Under the pieces are notes generated by a model that saw nothing but the letters and a program-made list of their open reading frames with translations, did no database searches and was not told where the DNA came from. A stretch of DNA of 64,000 bases from an uncultured delta proteobacterium. GTDB lineage: Bacteria > Desulfobacterota > BSN033 > UBA1163. Position numbers and translations under genes: made by a program. Below are positions 19,241 through 29,608 of this stretch, one piece after another. The stretch lies in assembly GCA_963827685.1 (NCBI GenBank), contig CAWHBU010000005.1, forward strand, positions 64,001 to 128,000. Reading direction: 5' to 3'. Positions within the stretch are counted from its first letter, which is position 1; every line of letters starts with the position of its first letter.

Positions 19241-19749
19241 GAATAAGGAGCAATTGCAACTAATTGCTTTTTCAGGGGTTTCTCAAACATTCATTACTCT
19301 TGTTGGAACAAGAGGTGGTATTTTGTCACATAAGTGACAAATTTTCGACCATTACTGGTTACTAATTTGTATTTGAAGTCTTGTATCCTTTGATGAAACT
19401 TAAAGGTGAAAAATTACAGGAGGAAAGAGTAATTTAATGGGGATACATCCCTTTTTTTCAACTTGAATATGGCAAAATGCTTTCAAGACAAAAACACGTA
19501 AGTTCTTTTACCGTCCCCCAGCGGTCACATACCTTTGGTAATGGGCATCTTTCGCACAAGACAGTAATCTGATCTTTTGCCATAGCGGGAGGCATTGCCT
19601 AACTTTTATATTTACAAGCTTACTTCAGCTCAGATTAATTAAAGTCTGCGAAGTCCGTATTGGGAAGTCAACGACTATTTTCAATAATGCATAGCGCATG
19701 GCGCATAGAGCATAGCGTAATTAAAAAACAAAAGACTATTTTTGGTGGG

Positions 19750-20691
19750 TTAGATAGACAATCTCAATTTACTGCGGAGGATGCCGATGAGCCCGCCTCT
19801 AAAGCCGAGGACAGCGGCCATGAATAGAACCCCCATAATGAAAGTCCAGCTTTCAGTAAAGTTGCTAATAATGTCTCTTAACAGAATAATTCCAACGGCG
19901 CCCAATACAGGACCGAAAAGAGTGCCCATCCCTCCGGTAATCGTCATGACCACAACATCTCCCGAGGTGGTCCAATGGAGAGAACTTAAGGGGACGAAAT
20001 TGAGCAAAAGGGCATAAAAGCCACCCGCCAGACCGGAGAAAAAGGCTGATAAGATAAAGGCCATCAGCTTGAATTTGTCGACATCATAACCGATGCTCAT
20101 GGCTCGGTTGCGATTTTCCCGCTGGGCCTGCAATGTTCTTCCGAAAGGTGAATTAACTATTCTCACGAGTATGACGGCACAAATGATGACCGAAAATAAA
20201 AGAAAATAATAAAAAATGATCTGTGATTGCAAATTGATAGGACCCAGCCAAGGCCTCGGGACGCGCTGCAGCCCGTCATCCCCTCCTGTCAACCCTGTCC
20301 ATTTAAAGGCGATAAAATAGAACATTTGGGCAAAAGCTAAGGTCACCATGGTGAAGTAAATACCCCGGCGTCGAATACTCAAGAACCCTATAATGAATCC
20401 AGCGAGACTGCTTGCGATCACCCCGCCCAAGAGAGCCAATGGAACAGAGGGGTACAAATTTTTCAATATGAGTCCTGTACTATACGCCCCCAAGCCGAAA
20501 AATGCGGCATGGCCGAATGAAAGCATGCCCGCATAGCCCAGCATCAGGTCGAAGGCCATGGCAAAGAGAGCAAAGATAAGGATCTCACTGGCGAGGGCAA
20601 TGTATGGAGCGATATGCGGGAAGACGATGGCCAACAGGAGCGTGACTGATATAAGAATAATCTTCTGTTTTGACCATGCACCTTTATTCAT
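19750..20691 (-). CDS. livM: Branched-chain amino acid ABC permease (LivM-like)
   Basis: GMLSFGHAAFFGLGAY; YFTMVTLAFAQ; TGGDDG. Confidence 0.9.
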   Translation of the reverse strand: MNKGAWSKQKIILISVTLLLAIVFPHIAPYIALASEILIFALFAMAFDLMLGYAGMLSFGHAAFFGLGAYSTGLILKNLYPSVPLALLGGVIASSLAGFIIGFLSIRRRGIYFTMVTLAFAQMFYFIAFKWTGLTGGDDGLQRVPRPWLGPINLQSQIIFYYFLLFSVIICAVILVRIVNSPFGRTLQAQRENRNRAMSIGYDVDKFKLMAFILSAFFSGLAGGFYALLLNFVPLSSLHWTTSGDVVVMTITGGMGTLFGPVLGAVGIILLRDIISNFTESWTFIMGVLFMAAVLGFRGGLIGILRSKLRLSI

Positions 20692-21562
20692 GAAAGGCCT
20701 CACGACCGAAGAGGCCACGGGGTCTGATCAGCAAGAAAGCGGCCATGAAAATATAGATAAGCGTATGGGCCATGGGGGGCCAGACCATCACTCCGAATGC
20801 GATAATCTCCCCAACAATGAGACCTCCGACAATGGAGCCTGCGATACTGCCCATACCTCCCACCACCACCACAACAAAACAATCAACCAAGAAGTCTACA
20901 CCCATCAGGTGACTGACATTCTGAAGAGGAGCGGCCAGGACGCCAGCTAACCCGGCCAGCCCGATACCCATTCCAAAGACCAATGTAAAAATCTTGGAGA
21001 TATTGATTCCCAGCGAATCGACCATGATGCTGTTGTCCGTCCCGGCTCTGATGATGGCTCCAAGCTTGGTCTTCGAGAGAAATAGCCACACCCCTGACGA
21101 GCACAGCGACGTAATGATGATCAGGAAAATGCGATACTTGGGGTAGTACATGAAGCCCAGGTTGATGGCCCCATCCAGTGATGAGGGAGTGCTGAAGGGA
21201 ACCCCTGCACTGCCATAAATCATCCGGATAAAATCCTGGAGGACCAACATCAGACCGAAGGTGAACAACATAATATAGAGAGGGGGCAGATTGTAAAGGC
21301 GTCGCAGGAGGAAGGCTTCGCAGGCGGCACCGAAGAGTGCCATGGCGATAGGACCGATGAGAAGAGCCAACCAAAAGTTAGGGAAAACGTAAGCCATGAT
21401 CGTATAGGCCACGAAGGCGCCGAACATATAAAACGCCCCGTGAGCGAAGTTGATGATACCGAGCATACCAAAGATGATCGTCAAGCCAAGGGAGAGAAGG
21501 ACATAGATGGACCCCATGATGAGTCCATTAAAAAGTTGCATGCCTATAAACTGTATATTCAT
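20684..21562 (-). CDS. livH: Branched-chain amino acid ABC permease (LivH-like)
   Basis: GLTIIFGMLGIINFAHG; RPRGLFG. Confidence 0.9.
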   Translation of the reverse strand: MNIQFIGMQLFNGLIMGSIYVLLSLGLTIIFGMLGIINFAHGAFYMFGAFVAYTIMAYVFPNFWLALLIGPIAMALFGAACEAFLLRRLYNLPPLYIMLFTFGLMLVLQDFIRMIYGSAGVPFSTPSSLDGAINLGFMYYPKYRIFLIIITSLCSSGVWLFLSKTKLGAIIRAGTDNSIMVDSLGINISKIFTLVFGMGIGLAGLAGVLAAPLQNVSHLMGVDFLVDCFVVVVVGGMGSIAGSIVGGLIVGEIIAFGVMVWPPMAHTLIYIFMAAFLLIRPRGLFGREAFHE

Positions 21563-21649
21563 TTAGCCTCGTCCCTTTAGAAGCCTGGGAGTATCCATGG
21601 AAGTGTACCCCAAGTTTTCTCGGGATACACTTCCATGTCTGGTTTCAAG

Positions 21650-22870
21650 TTAGAAGTCACCCATCTTGCAGCCTGTTTCCTTCACATCCTGGTAGGCCTG
21701 TTCCGCTGGGACCACACCGACAATTTGAAAGTAATCCCAAGGTTCTTTGATCTCGCTTGGCCTCTTGGCCCGCAAGATGTATGCCTTGCCGACCCTCTTA
21801 TGGTCCTCCGGCCGGATATATCCAGGGTTTGCAAAGAAATCATTGAATTTATACCCCTCTAAAGCCTTGATGACAGCTTGAGGATCCTTACTTCCGGCTC
21901 TCCTGACAGCCAGCAAATACTGGGTCACACAGCTGTAATTGCCGGCATTGAACCAGTTCGGTGGTCGTCCAAACTTTTTCATCCATTTAGCAACAAATTC
22001 CTTAACACCAGGTTGGTCAACCTTCCAGTCCCAGGAGGCCGTCACGTAATTATCGGCAAAAACCTCCGGACCTGCAGCCTTGATATCTTCAGGAAATAAC
22101 AAGGCGTGAACAATCTTGGCTTGTTTCTTCAACCCAAATTCGACGGCCTGTTTGGCAGAGTTGACCGTGTCTTTACCAGCGTTCAAAAGGGCCACCACCT
22201 CTGGTTTTGCATTCATGGCCTTTATGATAAAGGGACTGAAGTCAGAAGCCCCCAGAGGTACCATCTCGTTTCCGAGCAATGTTCCGCCCCGTTTCTGCAA
22301 AGCGGCGCTGAAGTGTTTAAGCAAGTCATGGCCCCAGGCATAGTCAGCCGTGATCGTGTACCATTTCTTGCCCAGGTTGTCAGCCGCCCATATGCCGGCC
22401 GATGTGGCCAGGACATAGTCGTTGTAGGCCCAGTGAAAGGTGTAACGGTTGCACAGGTCACCGGTATACCTTGTGGTACCCGAGGTAATAGCGATAAAGA
22501 TTTTCTTGTAACGCAAGGCCTGGTTGGTTACGGCCAATCCGGAGGCACTGTTAGGACAATCAAAGATCACATCCACCTTCTCTTTTTCGTACAACTCTAT
22601 CGCCTTCTGATTGGCCAGATCAGCCTTACACTGATGGTCTCGATAAACATACTCAATGTTCATCCCGAGAACTTTACCGCCGAAATCCTCAATAGCCATT
22701 TTGGCAGCGTTGATGTTCCCCCAACCTGCTAACTCGGCATACGGACCCGACATATCCGTAAGCGTGGCGATTTTGAGCGTTTCAGCCGAAAAGGCCGGAG
22801 ACACGATAAACCCTGAGATGAGAACAACAACCATGAACCGAATGAATTTCTTACTCTTATCCATTGTCAT
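21650..22870 (-). CDS. LIV-type substrate-binding protein
   Basis: Signal peptide, TDMSGPYA, ADYAWG motifs. Confidence 0.9.
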   Translation of the reverse strand: MTMDKSKKFIRFMVVVLISGFIVSPAFSAETLKIATLTDMSGPYAELAGWGNINAAKMAIEDFGGKVLGMNIEYVYRDHQCKADLANQKAIELYEKEKVDVIFDCPNSASGLAVTNQALRYKKIFIAITSGTTRYTGDLCNRYTFHWAYNDYVLATSAGIWAADNLGKKWYTITADYAWGHDLLKHFSAALQKRGGTLLGNEMVPLGASDFSPFIIKAMNAKPEVVALLNAGKDTVNSAKQAVEFGLKKQAKIVHALLFPEDIKAAGPEVFADNYVTASWDWKVDQPGVKEFVAKWMKKFGRPPNWFNAGNYSCVTQYLLAVRRAGSKDPQAVIKALEGYKFNDFFANPGYIRPEDHKRVGKAYILRAKRPSEIKEPWDYFQIVGVVPAEQAYQDVKETGCKMGDF

Positions 22871-22998
22871 TACCTCCTTTATTCTGAAGATCGGATTGAA
22901 ATGGATTCGGGAATTGATATTACCACCTCCTTTTTTTTAGATTTTCCTTGATCCCATCAAATAATCCCTGAATCCGTAAATCTCCAATTCCTAAATTC

Positions 22999-23694
22999 TT
23001 AAACCCCTAAATATCTTTTCTGCACTTCTGCATCGGCCTTGAACTCCTCGTTGCTTCCTTCATAAACGATTTCCCCATTGTAGAGGATGCAGTGCTTGTC
23101 AGAGACTCCCGTGGCAAACCGGGTGTTCTGCTCTACCAGAAGAATGGTGATACCTGTCTTCCTGATTTCTTTAAGGATGGTGCCGATCTCCCGAACCAGC
23201 AAAGGGGCCAACCCCTCTGTGGGTTCATCGAGAAGCATCAGCTTGAGGTCCATAGTAAGAATTCGCGCGATGGCCAGCATCTGTTGTTCACCACCGGAGA
23301 GTTGCGATCCTTTTTGATCCGCTCGCTCTCTCAGAACAGGAAAGTACTGATAGATTTTCTCAAGGTCCCAAAGACCTCCTCGACTTCCCTTAGAAGGTAA
23401 CGAAAGATTTTCAAGAACAGTCAGGCTGGCAAAGATCATTCTTTCCTCAGGGACGTAGCCCACGCCCAATGAGGCAATCGAATGCGGTTTTCGGCCGCAA
23501 ATATTGATGCCATCGAAGGTGATCGTTCCCTGCTTTGGAGGAACAATTCCCATAATGCTCCGGAGGGTCGTGGTCTTACCTGCTCCGTTGCGACCCAGGA
23601 GGGTAACCAATTCTCCCTTCTTTATTTCAGAAGAGATCCCTTTGAGGATGTGACTTTCCCCATAATAGGTATGGACGTCCTGAAGAGCAAGCAC
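22999..23694 (-). CDS. livF: ABC ATPase (LivF-like)
   Basis: GRNGAGKTT, LSGGEQQMLA, LLDEPTEGLAP. Confidence 0.9.
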   Translation of the reverse strand: MLALQDVHTYYGESHILKGISSEIKKGELVTLLGRNGAGKTTTLRSIMGIVPPKQGTITFDGINICGRKPHSIASLGVGYVPEERMIFASLTVLENLSLPSKGSRGGLWDLEKIYQYFPVLRERADQKGSQLSGGEQQMLAIARILTMDLKLMLLDEPTEGLAPLLVREIGTILKEIRKTGITILLVEQNTRFATGVSDKHCILYNGEIVYEGSNEEFKADAEVQKRYLGV

Positions 23695-24468
23695 TCAAAT
23701 ACCTCCCAAATAGGCCTCCTGCACTTTTTGATTATTCGTGATCTCAGAGGCAGGCCCTTCGGCCAAGACACCTCCCTGATACAGGACTGTAATGATGTCT
23801 GAAATCGAAAGGACAATATCAATATTATGTTCGATGACGAGGACCGGAATATTTTTCGAAATCTCGGAAACGAGACCAATGATCCGATTCGCATCTTCCT
23901 GGCTCAGACCGGAGGTGGGTTCATCCAAGAGAATGATCTTCGGGTCTGTGGCCAGAGAAATGCCAATATCAAGGCATCTCTGTAATCCATACGAAAGATT
24001 CTTTGCCGTCACATCCGCCGCATCGTACAAACCCACATCTCTTAGGACCCTTTCTGTCTTCTCGTCTACACCCTTTAAGCTTTTGAAAGAGATAAGGAAA
24101 TGATAAGAGGCCTTAAGCCGAGACTGAACGGCTAAGCGAACGTTTTCGTAAACCGTCAGCTCAGGGAAGATGCTGGTGATTTGAAAAGAGCGGGCCATTC
24201 CCAACTGAGAAGTCTTGTAAGGCTCAAGGTCTGTGATATCTTCTCCAAGGTAAAATATCTTTCCAGAATCTGGTTTCAGAAATCCGGTCAGCAAGTTGAA
24301 CAGAGTCGTTTTCCCTGCGCCGTTAGGCCCGATAATAGAATGGACCCCGGACTCCACCTTGAGATTCACCCGATCCACTGCCCTTAAGGCACCAAAATTC
24401 TTGCTCAAACCTTCGGTCTGGAGAACTCCATGATTAGAGTTGCTTTTCTCTCTCACGGTTGGTTCCAT
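23695..24468 (-). CDS. livG: ABC ATPase (LivG-like)
   Basis: GPNGAGKTT, ARSFQ, VQEAYLG; start codon uncertain. Confidence 0.9.
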   Translation of the reverse strand: MEPTVREKSNSNHGVLQTEGLSKNFGALRAVDRVNLKVESGVHSIIGPNGAGKTTLFNLLTGFLKPDSGKIFYLGEDITDLEPYKTSQLGMARSFQITSIFPELTVYENVRLAVQSRLKASYHFLISFKSLKGVDEKTERVLRDVGLYDAADVTAKNLSYGLQRCLDIGISLATDPKIILLDEPTSGLSQEDANRIIGLVSEISKNIPVLVIEHNIDIVLSISDIITVLYQGGVLAEGPASEITNNQKVQEAYLGGI

Positions 24469-24798
24469 CTCTCGCTCTGGAGTAAGGAAAGAAATGAAGG
24501 ACAAAGAAGATCACACATTTTTTCGATATTTAATAGATAATTCAGTCGGGGCAACGGAGAAGACTATAGTGGCCTTTTCTTCGGTTGTCAAGCCTTAAAT
24601 CTCCTATTTTTGTCCCTCCTTGGGCTGAACTCGCACCGAATCTCTCTGCTCCAGCCCGGTGGAACGCAGACGCAGGAGAGCGCGAATGGGGAAGGCAAGG
24701 AATAAAATTTACTCCCTACCCTGCCTGATTCTGATCACGGAGAAAGAGAGAAGCTCTTTGGCTTGACCATAAATAGTGAAAGTGATAACATTTTGTGA

Positions 24799-26316
24799 AT
24801 GAATTTTGCAGAAATCCTGAAAAAGTATCGTAAACAGATTGCGGATGAGTGGATTTATCGGCTCCACTCAGAGGTGAGTGAACGCTATCGTGGTCGACCA
24901 GTAGACGAACTCTTTCACACCGTCTCAAGAGCAAATGAAGCAAATTATGCAGTACTCATCCATAATGATTTTTCGAAGATAAATGACCATATCCGGTGGA
25001 TCACCAACTTACGCCTTGAAGGAGGCTTTTCCCTCTCGGAAGTTCAGAGTGCGTATGAACTCTATAGGACCGTTCTCCTCCCTATCCTCCCGAACGAGTT
25101 AGACGAGAATAGCCTTCACGACGCCTTGAAGCGTATGAATTATTGCCTCTTTTATACCATTACAAAATTCAGTAATTATTTCCAGTCATTACATGAGAAA
25201 CATATCAGAGAATATGCTCAAAATCTTGAAGGAGAGGTAGTAAAAAGGACAAAAGAACTTGCCGAATCAGAATCCAAATACCGGGTCCTCGTTGAGGAGA
25301 TAAACGACGGGTATTTTGTCAACCAGAATGGGCGTATCGTTTTTGCAAATCAGGCGTATTGCGACCTCCACGGTTACTCTTCCCAGGAAATGTTAGAAAA
25401 ACCTTATACAGACCTTACCGCCCCTAAATCACTCCCTATGGTACGGAGACTTTATGAGAAGAGAATGGCCGGTGAGGATACAAAGGACCTTTACATTTAC
25501 TTTCGCCGTCACAAGAATGGCAGCACCTTGCCCACAGAGAATAAGGTGAAACGGATATTCTACCAGGGTGAATATGCTGTGGCAGGCATCTGCAGGGACA
25601 TCACGGAGAGGATCGAAACGGAGAAGCGGATCCGAGAGTCCGAGCGTCTTGCCCATATCGGAAAACTGACTACCTCTCTTGCCCATGAGATACGGAATCC
25701 TCTCTCATCAGTAAAGATGAATAGTCAGATCATCTTAAAAAATATGGAGTTTGACGGCAACGATAAGAGGCGCATGGAGATCATCGTCCACGAGATATCG
25801 CGGCTGGAGAAAATTCTCGATGAGATGCTTGACTTTGCAAGGCCGGTAAAGTTGAATCTTGAGCCTGCCTCGATCAATAGCGTGATGGACGCCTGTCTCG
25901 AGATCATGGATGCCAGGATTAGAGAAAAGGATATCGCCGTGAAAAAGCGATATGTCAGAGGCTTACCTCAGATTCTTCTTGATCATGAGAAGATAGAGCA
26001 GGCAATATTCAATGTCTTGCTGAATGCGGTGGAAGTGCTACCAGAAGGAGGACACATAGAGATCGTCACGAAGCAGTTGAGGAGGGACAATAGGACTCTT
26101 CAGGTCGAAATCAGCGACAACGGACCCGGAATCAGCACGGAGGATCTCCCCTATGTTTTCGACCCCTTTTTCAGCAACAAAAAAAAGGGCACGGGCCTCG
26201 GCCTTTCCAATGTGAAGAAAATAATAGAGGCCCACGGAGGCGCAGGGAGCGTGGCGGTCCGAAAACCACACGGGACGCGGGTCAGTCTTACCATTCCTTT
26301 CAGGGAGATGACATGA
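24799..26316 (+). CDS. Cytoplasmic PAS sensor histidine kinase
   Basis: Helical N-terminal domain, PAS, LAHEIRNPL H-box, DNGPG and GTGLGL. Confidence 0.92.
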   Translation: MNFAEILKKYRKQIADEWIYRLHSEVSERYRGRPVDELFHTVSRANEANYAVLIHNDFSKINDHIRWITNLRLEGGFSLSEVQSAYELYRTVLLPILPNELDENSLHDALKRMNYCLFYTITKFSNYFQSLHEKHIREYAQNLEGEVVKRTKELAESESKYRVLVEEINDGYFVNQNGRIVFANQAYCDLHGYSSQEMLEKPYTDLTAPKSLPMVRRLYEKRMAGEDTKDLYIYFRRHKNGSTLPTENKVKRIFYQGEYAVAGICRDITERIETEKRIRESERLAHIGKLTTSLAHEIRNPLSSVKMNSQIILKNMEFDGNDKRRMEIIVHEISRLEKILDEMLDFARPVKLNLEPASINSVMDACLEIMDARIREKDIAVKKRYVRGLPQILLDHEKIEQAIFNVLLNAVEVLPEGGHIEIVTKQLRRDNRTLQVEISDNGPGISTEDLPYVFDPFFSNKKKGTGLGLSNVKKIIEAHGGAGSVAVRKPHGTRVSLTIPFREMT

Positions 26317-27686
26317 AACCTAAAAGGATTCTCATCATTGATGATGAACGCCCCCTTCTTGAAACCCTTGAAATGTTCCTCGCTGAGAAGGGTTATGCGG
26401 TAGGGTGTGCGATGTCCGCGAAAGAGGGCTTGAAGCAAAGCACCGCCTTTGATCCCCATGTGATCATCCTTGACATCCGCCTTCCCGACATGAATGGCCT
26501 TGACGTTCTCCAAGAACTGATTCGCAATGGCAGAAAGAATATTATCATCATTACCGCATTCCATGATATGGATATCACCATTAAGGCAGTGAAATTCGGT
26601 GCTTTCGACTATATTCCCAAACCGATAGACGTGGAAGAACTCGACAGGGTGATAGACAGAGCTCTAAAATCTTCAAGCTCGGCCCGAACTGCCGAGACCA
26701 TATGTGTGGATCCTTCTTTATTGTATGTAGAGGGCAAAATCATCGGAAAAGACAGGGGAATGAAAGAGATCTTCAAGGCCATAGGCGTGCTGTCAGAGAA
26801 CCGGGTGACGGTTCTCATCGAGGGAGAGACGGGTACCGGCAAGGAACTGATAGCAAGGGCAATCCACTACAATAGTCCTTACAAGGAGCATCCTTTCCGC
26901 GCTATAAACTGCTCAACCATCGTGGGAACACTCTTGGAAAGCGAACTTTTTGGTCATGAGAAAGGCGCTTTCACCGGTGCATCCAGTTTAAAGAGGGGAA
27001 AGTTTGAACTCGCCGGTCAAGGGACCATTTTCCTTGACGAGATAGGGGAGATCCCTTTTGAACTCCAGTCGAAACTGTTGAGATTTTTGGAGGAAAAAGA
27101 ATTTGAGCGTCTCGGGGGAGAAGAGAAGATTAGATCGAATGCAAGGGTAATCACTGCAACGAATAAGGATCTCTGGAAGATGGTTCGGAATGGTGTCTTC
27201 AGAGAAGATCTCTATTACAGACTCAACGTGGCCACCATCAAGGTCCCACCACTCAGGGAGCGGAAGTCTGATATACCGCTCTTGGTTGAACACATCCTCA
27301 GAAAAATCAACTGTCAGCTTAGCAAAGGTATAAGAAAAGTTGAAGAGGAGGCCCTCAAGAGGATGACGGAGTACGATTGGCCGGGTAATGTCAGGGAGAT
27401 AGAGAACATCCTTACCCACGCAGCCATCCATACCCAAGGGGAAATCATTCTTGAGGAACTTATCATTCCGTTGCTCGGAAATGAATTACCCAACCATCAG
27501 AGTTCAAAAGACGTGCATAATAGGGAACAGAACCTCAAGGACATAGAGAAGGAGTACATTATAGGGGTACTCAACCATACCCACTGGCATCTGGGGAAGG
27601 CATGTGAGGTTCTCGGGATTTCACGGCCCACACTCCGCCATAAACTCAAAGCATACGAAATTTCAAGCGACCCTCATACAAACTAA
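26313..27686 (+). CDS. sigma54-dependent response regulator (NtrC/AtoC-like)
   Basis: Receiver domain, GETGTGKE, GAFTGA, Fis-type HTH. Confidence 0.95.
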   Translation: MKPKRILIIDDERPLLETLEMFLAEKGYAVGCAMSAKEGLKQSTAFDPHVIILDIRLPDMNGLDVLQELIRNGRKNIIIITAFHDMDITIKAVKFGAFDYIPKPIDVEELDRVIDRALKSSSSARTAETICVDPSLLYVEGKIIGKDRGMKEIFKAIGVLSENRVTVLIEGETGTGKELIARAIHYNSPYKEHPFRAINCSTIVGTLLESELFGHEKGAFTGASSLKRGKFELAGQGTIFLDEIGEIPFELQSKLLRFLEEKEFERLGGEEKIRSNARVITATNKDLWKMVRNGVFREDLYYRLNVATIKVPPLRERKSDIPLLVEHILRKINCQLSKGIRKVEEEALKRMTEYDWPGNVREIENILTHAAIHTQGEIILEELIIPLLGNELPNHQSSKDVHNREQNLKDIEKEYIIGVLNHTHWHLGKACEVLGISRPTLRHKLKAYEISSDPHTN

Positions 27687-27858
27687 TGTTGCAGGTAAGC
27701 TTTCCTCTCTATATTCCAGTCCTAAGGCTAACTGGTTACAAACTGCTATTGAAAATAATTTTCAAAAAGTGAAAGATCGATTCAAATCAACTGGGAGACC
27801 GTATCCCCCAAGTCCCGTAATACCTTGTAATTTCATCAATTATTGCTGACAGGATGGC

Positions 27859-27873
27859 TGGCACAACTCTTGC
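27859..27873 (+). promoter_or_regulatory. sigma54 promoter
   Basis: TGGCACAACTCTTGC matches the -24/-12 consensus upstream of the LIV operon. Confidence 0.75.
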
Positions 27874-28070
27874 GAGGGCTCACACTTGCAACAGGCTCGT
27901 GGCGAACATGAGGCAGGACTGAAAAATGTATTGACAAAAAATCTCTTTTGGACTACAGGTCATAAATGAGAGGGAGCGAGTCACGAACATTTTAAGAGAC
28001 AATCTGTTTCAAGTTCCAATTGGAACGTATGGAAGAGAGACACAAAAATCTTAAATCAAAGGAGGTTATT

Positions 28071-29339
28071 ATGAAGCGAGCAGTCTATTTTCCCATCGTT
28101 CTATTCTTAATCTTCTTTTCTTTCCCTTGCCTATCGAATTCGGCTGAAAAACCTATTGTGATTGGGGCACCTTTATCCACTGCATTTCTTTACGGATGGG
28201 ATGCAGAAAGGGCAATCAAGTTGGCTGTGGAAGAAATTAACGCAAAAGGAGGGGTGACCGTCGGTAAAGAGAAAAGACCCTTTAAGGTGGAGGTGATCGA
28301 TACCCGGGATCTCGAACCTGGAGTGCCGGTCAGTGATGCCCTGTTGGTGGTGGAGAAACTCATCTTGGAAAAAAATGCTGATTTCTTTGTCGGTGGGCCA
28401 GTTCGGTCTGAAGCAGCGTTGGCAGCGATGGACTTACTCTCCAAATATAAGAAGGTATCTATTCTGACCACTGGTGCGCTAACCCCTAAGTATCATCAAC
28501 GGGTTGCAGAGGAATACGATAAATTTAAGTATTGTTTCAGAATCTCCGGCGAAGTGGGCTGGATGGTTACAGGAGAATTTCTCCCCTGCCTTGTGGATAT
28601 CAAAGCAAAATACGGCCTCAATAAACTTTTCATCATGATCCAGGATGTCGCTCATGCCCGAGGGGGAGGTGATCTTGTAGGCAAACTGGCTTCGGAGAAA
28701 GGTTGGGAGATTGTGGGTAAGGAGATCTTTCCAACTGGAACAACAGACTATTCTGTGGGGCTGATGAAGGCTAAAAAAGAGAATGCCCAGGTGATTCTTA
28801 TATGGATGGATATGCCGGAAAGTTCCATCCTCCTTAAGCAGTGGTATGATATGAAAGTACCCGCACTCCCTTTTGGCACAATCATTTCTGCTGCTGAGGA
28901 GCCTGGATTTTGGAAGGCCACAGAAGGAAAAGGAGAATATGCTCTGGCCAGTGTGGTCAATGCAGGTAATGCACCATCTAAAGCCACTCCATGGACGATG
29001 AAGTTCGTTGAAGCCTATACGAAAAGATGGAAGGTAGAACCTGAAGGTTACGGGACTTCATCAAGTTACATGGCAGTCTATGTTTTAAAAGGTGCCATTG
29101 AGCGGGCTGGTTCCCTTAATTCAGATGCAGTGGTTGCAGCTCTTGAAAAAACTGACTTAATGGGAGTCTATGGGAGAATAAGATTCAATCCGAAAAACCA
29201 CCAGGTGATCCCGAGCGTTGATCCGAATGAGGGAGCCGTTGGAACGATCTTCCAGTGGCAGGCTGGGAAGAGGGTCGTAGTGTTCCCGCCCAAAATTGCC
29301 GTGGGCGAGATCAAACTTCCTCCCTGGATGAAGAAGTAA
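28071..29339 (+). CDS. LIV-type substrate-binding protein
   Basis: Signal peptide, EINAKGGV motif, RBS ggagg. Confidence 0.9.
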   Translation: MKRAVYFPIVLFLIFFSFPCLSNSAEKPIVIGAPLSTAFLYGWDAERAIKLAVEEINAKGGVTVGKEKRPFKVEVIDTRDLEPGVPVSDALLVVEKLILEKNADFFVGGPVRSEAALAAMDLLSKYKKVSILTTGALTPKYHQRVAEEYDKFKYCFRISGEVGWMVTGEFLPCLVDIKAKYGLNKLFIMIQDVAHARGGGDLVGKLASEKGWEIVGKEIFPTGTTDYSVGLMKAKKENAQVILIWMDMPESSILLKQWYDMKVPALPFGTIISAAEEPGFWKATEGKGEYALASVVNAGNAPSKATPWTMKFVEAYTKRWKVEPEGYGTSSSYMAVYVLKGAIERAGSLNSDAVVAALEKTDLMGVYGRIRFNPKNHQVIPSVDPNEGAVGTIFQWQAGKRVVVFPPKIAVGEIKLPPWMKK

Positions 29340-29608
29340 AGAAAAAGGATCATTGCAAAATACAAAGTTAGCAATGCAAAGCGATCAATGAGAAGAAGTA
29401 AATTGACAGTTGCTAATTTTAAAATGTTAATTTTGCAATGACGATCTGAAATGGCCCAGGCTGTGCCAGGTTAAGATAAGGGGATGAGGGGGAAACCCCT
29501 CTCCCTTTTTTGCAACAACATTGCAAATTTAAAATTGTAAAATTCGCAATCATCAATCTAAATTGTTAACTTTGCACTGATCACTTTGCAATCTGCATTG
29601 AGTCTGTT

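Noticed and set aside
19500-19600. c-di-GMP riboswitch (GGCAAA...GAAA)
   Set aside because: The P2/P3 pairing and tetraloop receptor are not present.
21407-21420. GCCACGAAGGC as another attenuator copy
   Set aside because: It lies inside the livH coding sequence, with no second hairpin or terminator.
24600-24740. Structured ncRNA between livG and the kinase
   Set aside because: GC-rich with weak pairing only; no recognisable family or second copy.
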